A stretch of DNA of 19,377 bases, from IMG/VR virus record IMGVR_UViG_3300028886_000075; one strand, 5' to 3'. How positions within the stretch are numbered: the stretch's first letter is position 1; every line of letters starts with the position of its first letter. The position numbers and the translations under genes are program-made. The notes beneath the pieces were generated by a model. The model did no database searches and was not told where the DNA came from. It worked only from the letters and a program-made list of their open reading frames with translations. This DNA comes from a virus. Taxonomy: Duplodnaviria > Heunggongvirae > Uroviricota > Caudoviricetes. Below are positions 1 to 7,311 of this stretch, in pieces.

Positions 1-24
1 CCTGATGGGTTAGATTTATTTTAA
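1..24 (+). CDS. Possible 3' end of an upstream gene (...PDGLDLF*)
   Basis: Frame 1 is open to TAA at 22-24 and a terminator follows at 70-96; too short to identify. Confidence 0.3.
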   Translation, partial: PDGLDLF

Positions 25-69
25 TAAATCTTAAAAATAAATATATGTAAATCAAAAATAAAATAACTT

Positions 70-96
70 AAGGAACTATTAAATTAGTTCTTTTTG
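70..96 (+). terminator. Intrinsic terminator
   Basis: AAGGAACTA-TTAAAT-TAGTTCTTT stem (6 bp core plus G-U/A-U extension) followed by a T run. Confidence 0.65.
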
Positions 97-100
97 TTTT

Positions 101-114
101 CTATATTATATTTA
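101..114 (+). promoter_or_regulatory. Putative phage promoter motif CTATATTATATTTA
   Basis: Identical 14-mer at 8391-8404; related copies at 11062, 13304 and 15659, all upstream of plus-strand gene starts. Confidence 0.45.
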
Positions 115-130
115 GAATATTTATATTTAT

Positions 131-1513
131 ATGGATAAAGTACAAAAGAGAACTATAACAAATTTTTTAAATACTGAATATCTTAATTATGCATTCAGTG
201 TTTTGGAGGAACGTGCGATTCCTTCAGTTATTGATGGATTCAAACCAGGTGCAAGAAAGATAATGCATGCAAGTTTATCAGGTACAACAAAAGACGGTAA
301 GTTATATAAGTTGTTAGCATTATCTGGAGATGCAATGCGTGTATCCCTCTACGCACATGGTGACATTTCTTTGAATGCGACAATTGTTAATATGTGTAAA
401 TCATTTAATGATAATCTTAATCCATTAGAATCTGACTCACAGGTTGGTTCATTAAGAGATCCAGATTCTGCTGGTGCTCCTCGTTATCTTTATGTGAAGC
501 ATTCAAAATACATGGACTTAATCTATAAGACTGACTATGACTTATTAGATTTTGTTTTTGAAGAAGGACAATATGTTGAACCAATGACATATCTTCCAAT
601 TATTCCAACCATATTATGTAAGAACAATATTGGTGTTGCCGTAGGTTATTCAATGCATAATCAGGCATATGATCCTATTGATATTATTGACGCATGCAAA
701 GAAGTTATTGAAGCACGAGCTGACAAGAAAGACAAGATTAAAACACAGATTCGTCCATATCTTAAGGGAATTAAGAAATCAAACTGGAGATATGAAGATG
801 TAGCATGGTTTAATTATGGAGAATGGAAATTGAACCAAGCAAAAGATTTTATGAATGTAACAGATCTTCCTGCTGATGTATCATACGAAGATTTTGAAAA
901 ACTGTTAAATAAGTTTGAGGAAGAAGACTATATAAAAGGTTGGAAAAACAAGTCAGTGGATGGTGGAGTCAACTATGAGATAACATTCCCAAAGAAACAG
1001 TTAGCTATTGAAATGAAAAAGGATCGTTCAGGAAAACGTATAGCTAATAAGTTCAAATTGATTAAGCAACTACCTAATGATCTACTTTGGTTATTAGATG
1101 AAAACCATAAGTTGAAGTATTTCCAGAATAAGAATGAAGTAGTTGAGTATTTCGTAAATTATAGATTAGGAATCTATACAGAACGTAAGAAGAAATTAGT
1201 AAAGATTCTTGAAGAAAGAATTAAAAAGAATGACGAATTGGTAAAGTTTATTGAATTAGTATGTAAAGGAAAACTTAAGATTCGTAATAGGGCTAAAGCA
1301 GAAATCAAGATAGATATGGATGGATATAAACTTCCAATGGAATTGATTAGTACTCCAATGTCTAAAGTGACTATTGAAGAACGTGATGAACTATTGAAAC
1401 AGAATCAGGAAATGAAAAAAGAACTTGAATATATCAGGAATACAACAGAAAAACAAATGTATTTGAATGATCTGAATAATCTAAGAAAAGAAATTGAAAA
1501 AGATTTTAAATAA
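131..1513 (+). CDS. Type IIA DNA topoisomerase, GyrA/ParC-like subunit (T4 gp52-like)
   Basis: RAIPSVIDGFKPGARKI (DGLKP motif), YAHGD, and AGAPRY with the catalytic Arg-Tyr; 460 aa with no GyrA C-terminal pinwheel, as in phage gp52. Confidence 0.93.
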   Translation: MDKVQKRTITNFLNTEYLNYAFSVLEERAIPSVIDGFKPGARKIMHASLSGTTKDGKLYKLLALSGDAMRVSLYAHGDISLNATIVNMCKSFNDNLNPLESDSQVGSLRDPDSAGAPRYLYVKHSKYMDLIYKTDYDLLDFVFEEGQYVEPMTYLPIIPTILCKNNIGVAVGYSMHNQAYDPIDIIDACKEVIEARADKKDKIKTQIRPYLKGIKKSNWRYEDVAWFNYGEWKLNQAKDFMNVTDLPADVSYEDFEKLLNKFEEEDYIKGWKNKSVDGGVNYEITFPKKQLAIEMKKDRSGKRIANKFKLIKQLPNDLLWLLDENHKLKYFQNKNEVVEYFVNYRLGIYTERKKKLVKILEERIKKNDELVKFIELVCKGKLKIRNRAKAEIKIDMDGYKLPMELISTPMSKVTIEERDELLKQNQEMKKELEYIRNTTEKQMYLNDLNNLRKEIEKDFK

Positions 1514-1538
1514 GGAACCATATTAGGTTCCTTTTTTT
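1512..1538 (+). terminator. Intrinsic terminator overlapping the topoisomerase stop codon
   Basis: AAGGAACC-ATATTA-GGTTCCTT perfect 8-bp stem plus T run. Confidence 0.85.
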
Positions 1539-1576
1539 ATTTTTATATATATACAAATATATTATAATTATAATAG

Positions 1577-1975
1577 ATGAAAACTGTTTTAAAACATGAA
1601 TATAAACTAAAGAAAATTATTGCAGATAATTTAGAAAATGCAATTAATAATAGATATATTGAAATAGCTGATGACGAATATGAAAGAATAAATACAGCAA
1701 TAGAATCTTATAGTAATGCAATACAAGAAGTATATGATAATTTACAAGATGTTGCATTTACTGAACCACAGAAATCTAAGTTATTATCTGATTTAGAAAA
1801 ATTAGAAGCAGATATTTTAGCACTTAAACAAGATACAATATACACTATAGAAGATGGATTATATTTCACTGATGAAAATGGTAATATTGCTGCTAAATTA
1901 GATTCAAACGGATTACGTGCTGTTAATATTGGTGGATCAACTAGTTCTGGTGATATAACTGCATCTGACTATTAA
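1577..1975 (+). CDS. Hypothetical coiled-coil protein, probably virion-associated
   Basis: 132 aa; helical N-terminal half and a C-terminal GLYFTDENGNIAAKLDSNGL motif of the kind seen in fibre/decoration proteins of Bacteroidota phages. Confidence 0.7.
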   Translation: MKTVLKHEYKLKKIIADNLENAINNRYIEIADDEYERINTAIESYSNAIQEVYDNLQDVAFTEPQKSKLLSDLEKLEADILALKQDTIYTIEDGLYFTDENGNIAAKLDSNGLRAVNIGGSTSSGDITASDY

Positions 1976-1993
1976 AAAAATTAATTAATTAAA

Positions 1994-3670
1994 ATGGGAA
2001 AAGTTAGAATAATACCTAACATATCTTATGTTTCAGATAACTTAGGAAAATTATTAGGAATTAATGTAAATATATCATCAGGTAAAGCAATTATAATTCG
2101 TAATGCTTCATTTGCATCTAATAATTTAGGACAAGTTGAATTTATGGGAAATGAAGTTGGTGATGAATTGAAAATTACTTCTACAGAAAATATAACAATA
2201 TCATTCCCAAATAATCTTGAATATAAATATGATGCTAATGTTTGGGATAACTGGGAAACATATATAACTAATGAAACTTTAAATATTGCTTCTGGAAAAA
2301 GCATTATATTTAGAGGCAATTTAACTCCTAATGAAAATACAGGAATAGGAACATTTGCTATATCTGGTGATTGTAATGTATCTGGTAATCCATTATCACT
2401 TATTAATTATGGGAATATTTCTAGTTATGCATTTAAATATTTGTTTAAAGATTGTACATATTTATTAAATACAGAAGATTTAATATTACCTAATACAACT
2501 GCTATAAGTTGTTATGAAGGTATGTTTAAGAATTGTTCTTCATTAGAAACTGCTCCTATATTACCTGCAATTACATTAACCGAAAATTGTTATAAAGAAA
2601 TGTTTTATAACTGTGAATCATTAAATTATATTGAAATAAAATCAACAACATTACTTGGTGAAAACTATTCTCTTAACTGGGTATATAATGTTGCGTCTGA
2701 AGGTGAATTCAAACAACCTACAAATATTTCTAATGCATTTAATGTAAATGCCATACCTATAGGATGGACAACTCCTATAGATTATTCTCAAATGTATTTC
2801 ACAATTGAATCATTAGTAGATAATAATGAAATTAAAATGAATAGATCAGGTTCCCCAAATAATCCAACAATAGAATATTCATTGGATAATGGAGAAACTT
2901 GGACTACTAAGAATATAACGGGATCAACTACATTCGCAACAATTAATTCTGGAGATACTATAATATTTAAAGGAAATAATACGCAGCTTTCAATTGCATA
3001 TAATAAATATAATTATTTTACTGCTACTAAAAATTTTAAAGTATATGGTAATGTAATGTCGTTATTAAATGGAGATGACTTCAAGACAAACTATGAATTC
3101 AATAGCAGTGTAACAGATCATTGTGATGGAATATTAAGATCGGGGGCTCTTGTAGATGCAAGTAATTTAATATTACCTGCGACTACATTATATGAATCAT
3201 GTTATAATGGTATGTTCAGAGATGCAGGACATCTTGTTTATGGGCCAAAGTTATTGCCTGCTTTAGATGTTCCTCATGATGCATATAGTTCAATGTTTGA
3301 AGGTTGTGTAAAATTAGTTGAAGGTCCTGAAATTAACGCAATAACGGCAAGTGGTGACGGAGCATTAAATAGAATGTTCTGTATGAGTAGAAGCAGTAAA
3401 GTTACTTCTGCTATGACAAAATCTCCTATATTAAGAATAACAAATCCAAGTGAATATTCAAATGTATATCAACAATTGTTCTGTGGTAATGGAAATATAA
3501 ATGAAGTAACGATACTTGCTGAGGGTACAAATTTAAGTTTTACTAACTGGTTAAATTATCATGGGGGTAGTGGTGTAATTAAGAAGTTGTCTAAAACAAC
3601 TCTTACTAATGGGATTAGTGGAGTACCTTCAGGTTGGACAACGGAAACATATGTAGAATCTAATTTATAA
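1994..3670 (+). CDS. Surface/adhesin-like protein with BspA/LRR-like repeats (LPAxTLxxxCYxxMF) in two tandem modules
   Basis: Repeats LILPNTTAISCYEGMF, ILPAITLTENCYKEMF and LILPATTLYESCYNGMF; each module has IIF(R/K)GN...V(S/Y)GN(P/V)(L/M)SL and ends in PxGWTT. Confidence 0.75.
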   Translation: MGKVRIIPNISYVSDNLGKLLGINVNISSGKAIIIRNASFASNNLGQVEFMGNEVGDELKITSTENITISFPNNLEYKYDANVWDNWETYITNETLNIASGKSIIFRGNLTPNENTGIGTFAISGDCNVSGNPLSLINYGNISSYAFKYLFKDCTYLLNTEDLILPNTTAISCYEGMFKNCSSLETAPILPAITLTENCYKEMFYNCESLNYIEIKSTTLLGENYSLNWVYNVASEGEFKQPTNISNAFNVNAIPIGWTTPIDYSQMYFTIESLVDNNEIKMNRSGSPNNPTIEYSLDNGETWTTKNITGSTTFATINSGDTIIFKGNNTQLSIAYNKYNYFTATKNFKVYGNVMSLLNGDDFKTNYEFNSSVTDHCDGILRSGALVDASNLILPATTLYESCYNGMFRDAGHLVYGPKLLPALDVPHDAYSSMFEGCVKLVEGPEINAITASGDGALNRMFCMSRSSKVTSAMTKSPILRITNPSEYSNVYQQLFCGNGNINEVTILAEGTNLSFTNWLNYHGGSGVIKKLSKTTLTNGISGVPSGWTTETYVESNL

Positions 3671-3697
3671 GAAATAAAATATAAATAATTAATATAA

Positions 3698-6001
3698 ATG
3701 AAAACTATACAATTACAAAAAGATAGCATTAAAGCTAGTCCATTAACATCAATAGAATCAATATATAATATATATCCTTTATTAAGATCATCTGAGCCAG
3801 TTGGCCCATGGATATATAATTTGAATGAAATAGAATTACCATATTCATGTAATGGATTAGATGGACATTGGGGTAGTATGAGAGGAGCCAATACTTGGAC
3901 TTTCAATTCTACATTTACAATACATAAAATTCAACCAACATATTTATGGTTTACTTATGCTACGATTTATTCTACATTATACATTAATGAAGTTTTAGTA
4001 GGCACTCATACTGGAGGTTATAATGCATTCTTTTTTGATATAACAGATTATATTACAAAAGGAACAAATACAATAAAAATAATATTAAATAATCAAAGAA
4101 ATAGTTCAACATATCTTCCTAAAGAAGGTGATTTTAATTTTAATGCAACACTTGGTGAAGTAAGATTATTGACTAGTCCAGTTTTACCTGATAAAAAATA
4201 TGGATATGATGGTTTTCATATTACTTCAACAGTTACATCATCAGTAGCAACAATAACAATTGAAACATCAGTTCCTAATTATGCAGATATTATATGTCAT
4301 ATTAAAGATGGAGAATATAACTTTACAGCAAGAAAATTTGGAAAGGGTGTTATAACATTTGAAACAACTATTGATAATCCACATCTTTGGAATGGTAAAT
4401 TAGATCCTCATCTTTATGATGTAACTCTTGAAATATATTATAATGGAGAATTATATCATAAATTAAATAGAGGATATGGATTTAGATATTATGAATATGT
4501 AATTAATGATACTGAAAAGGTTGGTACTGTTTCTGAACCATATACAGGTTTTTTATTGAATGGACAAAAATATTTACTTAGAGGTGTAAATACTCATCAT
4601 GATTTAGTAGGAAAGGCTAATGCATTGGAACCTTTAGATGTTGATAATGATTTTGATATTATAAGAGAACTTGGTTGTAATTTCTTACGTCTTGCACACT
4701 ATCCACACCCTAAACAAGTATATGATTATTGTGATAAATTAGGAATCATTGTTCAAACTGAAATTCCTTGGGTTAATACTGCAGAATCTACTTTAACAGA
4801 TAATCAAAAAACAAGTGCACATGAACAAGTATATGATATGGTTATGGAACATTATAATCATCCATCTATTATATTTTGGGGTTTATGTAATGAGGTAACA
4901 ACAGGTTCTGCAGCAAATACAAAAGTGTTCATGGAAGAACTTAGAACATATATAAGAACATTAGATACATCAAGATTGGTTGGTGGTGTTATGAGTGCAT
5001 CAGGTTCTGCACCATCGTATTGGGGAACACCTAATTTAGATTGGTTTGGCTGCAACATATATGTTGGTTGGTATAGTGATCAAACATCAAATAATCCAAC
5101 ATCACAACTTAATAATAGAAAGACAAATTTCATAACAAACAATAATAAGCCATTTGCATATTCTGAATATGGATGTGGAGGTAATATGATATGTCATTCT
5201 AATGATCCAAGTTCAACAACAACAAGAGGTAATAATCCAAGACATGATATAGAATATCAAATGTGGTTACATGAAGGTCACATTGCAGCAATTAAAAATT
5301 TCCCAGAATTAATATTTAGTTCAATGTGGATGTTATTTGATATAGCAGTATATAATAGACAAGAAGGATACAAAGTATGTTTAGATGGAAGTGATATTGT
5401 TGTTGATGATGATAGATTTAAGTATCTTAATGATAAAGGATTAGTTGAAAGAGATCATAAGACAAAGAAAGATACATTCTATTTATATAAAGCATGGTGG
5501 AGTGATGAAAAGTTTGTACATATTTGTCAAAAGAATTATGTAAAGAATGTAGATAGAGTTATAAAATGTTATTCTAATGATGGTGATACATTCAAGCTTT
5601 ATGTTAAGGGAATTAATGATGAATCTGAACAACTTATTGAAACAGTAACAGCAACAAATAATATTGTATTATTTACTGCAAGAACATTTACTGAAGGTGA
5701 TATTATTAGAGTTGAGGGAGAAACAACAAGTGATTCATATACATTTACTACAAAATTCTTACATATTTGTCAACATGAAGTAATAGCAAACACATCTGGT
5801 GATAACAAAACAATAAAATGTTATTCTAATGATGGCGATACATTTAAACTTTATGTTAATGATGTTGAGATTGAAACTGTAACATCTACAGATAATGTAG
5901 CAACATTTACCCAAAGAAAGTTTTATGGAAATGATATTGTAAGAGTTGAAGGTGCAACATTAACAGATACATTTAAATTTATTTATCCTAAAAGATATTA
6001 A
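3698..6001 (+). CDS. Glycoside hydrolase family 2 (beta-glucuronidase/beta-galactosidase-like)
   Basis: LRGVNTHHD, NFLRLAHYPH, DYCDKLGI, NHPSIIFWGLCNE (acid/base Glu, nt 4892), SEYG (nucleophile Glu, nt 5165), NIYVGWY and NDKG (NxKG). Confidence 0.93.
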   Translation: MKTIQLQKDSIKASPLTSIESIYNIYPLLRSSEPVGPWIYNLNEIELPYSCNGLDGHWGSMRGANTWTFNSTFTIHKIQPTYLWFTYATIYSTLYINEVLVGTHTGGYNAFFFDITDYITKGTNTIKIILNNQRNSSTYLPKEGDFNFNATLGEVRLLTSPVLPDKKYGYDGFHITSTVTSSVATITIETSVPNYADIICHIKDGEYNFTARKFGKGVITFETTIDNPHLWNGKLDPHLYDVTLEIYYNGELYHKLNRGYGFRYYEYVINDTEKVGTVSEPYTGFLLNGQKYLLRGVNTHHDLVGKANALEPLDVDNDFDIIRELGCNFLRLAHYPHPKQVYDYCDKLGIIVQTEIPWVNTAESTLTDNQKTSAHEQVYDMVMEHYNHPSIIFWGLCNEVTTGSAANTKVFMEELRTYIRTLDTSRLVGGVMSASGSAPSYWGTPNLDWFGCNIYVGWYSDQTSNNPTSQLNNRKTNFITNNNKPFAYSEYGCGGNMICHSNDPSSTTTRGNNPRHDIEYQMWLHEGHIAAIKNFPELIFSSMWMLFDIAVYNRQEGYKVCLDGSDIVVDDDRFKYLNDKGLVERDHKTKKDTFYLYKAWWSDEKFVHICQKNYVKNVDRVIKCYSNDGDTFKLYVKGINDESEQLIETVTATNNIVLFTARTFTEGDIIRVEGETTSDSYTFTTKFLHICQHEVIANTSGDNKTIKCYSNDGDTFKLYVNDVEIETVTSTDNVATFTQRKFYGNDIVRVEGATLTDTFKFIYPKRY
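5515..5995 (+). repeat. Tandem duplication of the C-terminal ~80-aa beta-domain of the GH2
   Basis: HICQ...IKCYSNDGDTFKLYV...IETVT...DI(I/V)RVEG occurs twice; DNA 5561-5607 is nearly identical to 5813-5859. Confidence 0.9.
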
Positions 6002-6028
6002 TATATACTATAAAAACGAAATTAAATA

Positions 6029-6060
6029 AAAATGGATATGGTTAAACCCATATCCATTTT
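6029..6060. terminator. Bidirectional terminator between convergent genes
   Basis: AAAATGGATATGG-TTAAAC-CCATATCCATTTT perfect 13-bp stem; the minus-strand gene's TAA lies in the loop. Confidence 0.85.
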
Positions 6061-6437
6061 GTTTCTGATATTGTAGTTATTCGCATATTCTCCAAGCCTT
6101 GTGATATATATTCTTTCATTATTTGATGTACTTCATCACTTGTTTTTGCAAACACAGGTAAAGTATATTTAATTGTTTTTATAGTACCATCTTCCTGAAA
6201 TATATCTTCTGCTACTTTAACTGCAAATATTTTACTATCTTCATACCATTCATTTGCTGCAGGTTTGAAACTTTTCATTAAACATATATCTTCAATTTCA
6301 ATTCCTTTACCTATTTTATTAATTATTTTAATACTTGCTTCAGCGAAATGAACAGCTTCAGTAAAATATGTTTCTATAACTCTTTTATCTTTACCATGAA
6401 GATTAACAGTTCTATTTAATTTAATCTTAAAATACAT
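6042..6437 (-). CDS. DUF4494-like protein (Bacteroidota family)
   Basis: YFKIKL...GKDKRVIETYFTEAVHFAEA...ISETK pattern resembles DUF4494 (KKVTEQYxVDALSFTEAE...IAETK). Confidence 0.65.
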   Translation of the reverse strand: MYFKIKLNRTVNLHGKDKRVIETYFTEAVHFAEASIKIINKIGKGIEIEDICLMKSFKPAANEWYEDSKIFAVKVAEDIFQEDGTIKTIKYTLPVFAKTSDEVHQIMKEYISQGLENMRITTISETKWIWV

Positions 6438-6475
6438 AATATTATTTTAATATAATTTAATCTTAAAATACATAA
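6417..6475 (-). repeat. 23-bp direct repeat (36-bp period) creating in-frame upstream mini-ORF MYFKIKLY* (6447-6473)
   Basis: TAATTTAATCTTAAAATACATAA at 6417-6439 and 6453-6475. Confidence 0.9.
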
Positions 6476-6507
6476 CCTCTATATATTTATCTTTAATTAT
6501 AATTAAA

Positions 6508-6975
6508 TTATTCACTAAATTCAACTACTTTTGATCCACCATAAGGTCCATACATCCCTAATAGTTTTTCTGAAGCACTTGCATCAAAACGTAAACTATC
6601 TTTTTTGAATAATATTTCTTTATCTTCTGCATCACTAATAAAACTGTTTCTATTCATAACAGACATATTATTTTTTTTAAAGTCTTTAGCTATTTTATTA
6701 TCTTTAAATTTATAACCTGCAAGAATAAAATATTTAAATTTAGTAGCATCCCATTTATTCTTTGATAAGAAATCTTCAATTTTTTTTATCATTTCCTTTC
6801 CTTCTTCTTCAGTTAAAAATGGTTCTTTTTCAAGTCTCCCACTATCAGGTTCATATAACTTATCAATTTCAAAATGATCCCAGATACTTTGCATTTCTGG
6901 TGACATTGAATTATTAACTTTAGTATCCTTATTAATTACTAATTTTTCATTTATAATGTCTTTAAGGTTTTTCAT
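6508..6975 (-). CDS. Hypothetical protein with T4-type capsid-targeting-like N-terminus
   Basis: Starts MKNLKDIINE|KLVINKDTK; ATGA overlap with the upstream gene. Confidence 0.75.
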   Translation of the reverse strand: MKNLKDIINEKLVINKDTKVNNSMSPEMQSIWDHFEIDKLYEPDSGRLEKEPFLTEEEGKEMIKKIEDFLSKNKWDATKFKYFILAGYKFKDNKIAKDFKKNNMSVMNRNSFISDAEDKEILFKKDSLRFDASASEKLLGMYGPYGGSKVVEFSE

Positions 6976-7301
6976 AATATAAAATCTTTTATTTCTTTAT
7001 ATAATTTATCATTATATGCTTCTATATAATCAACAAGTTCTTGATACTTTATTCCTACTTCATTATATAACTTTGGATAATCACCTAACCTATCTAATAC
7101 ATCACATATTTTATTATTAAATTTTTGTTCCAATAAATCTAAACCTGGTTTGTATTTTACATTTTTATATTCAAGTGTTCCTTGAAAATATCTGCATAAT
7201 ACTTCAGAAATTTTATCCTGTTCCTTTTGTGATAAGTAATCAAACTTAGTATTTTTATTGATAATTAGTTTTTCTGTTATAAAATTAGTTATTTGTTTCA
7301 T
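6972..7301 (-). CDS. Hypothetical protein with T4-type capsid-targeting-like N-terminus
   Basis: Starts MKQITNFITE|KLIINKNTK, sharing an N-terminal motif with its neighbour. Confidence 0.75.
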   Translation of the reverse strand: MKQITNFITEKLIINKNTKFDYLSQKEQDKISEVLCRYFQGTLEYKNVKYKPGLDLLEQKFNNKICDVLDRLGDYPKLYNEVGIKYQELVDYIEAYNDKLYKEIKDFIL

Positions 7302-7311
7302 ATTATTTATT

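Noticed and set aside
417-599. Minus-strand 60-aa ORF
   Set aside because: Shadow of the topoisomerase gene; no motif
2026-2319. Minus-strand 97-aa ORF
   Set aside because: Antisense shadow inside the 558-aa gene
3480-3670. DGR variable region at the end of the 558-aa LRR-like gene
   Set aside because: Codon usage stays A/T-ending like the rest of the gene, with no NNC enrichment and no template copy in the window
3559-3906. Minus-strand 115-aa ORF
   Set aside because: Overlaps two well-supported plus-strand genes; non-ATG start and no features
4858-5058. Minus-strand 66-aa ORF
   Set aside because: Shadow over the GH2 catalytic region
6417-6475. CRISPR mini-array interpretation of the 23-bp direct repeat
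   Set aside because: Only two copies, 13-nt spacer, no palindrome, and one copy is coding sequence
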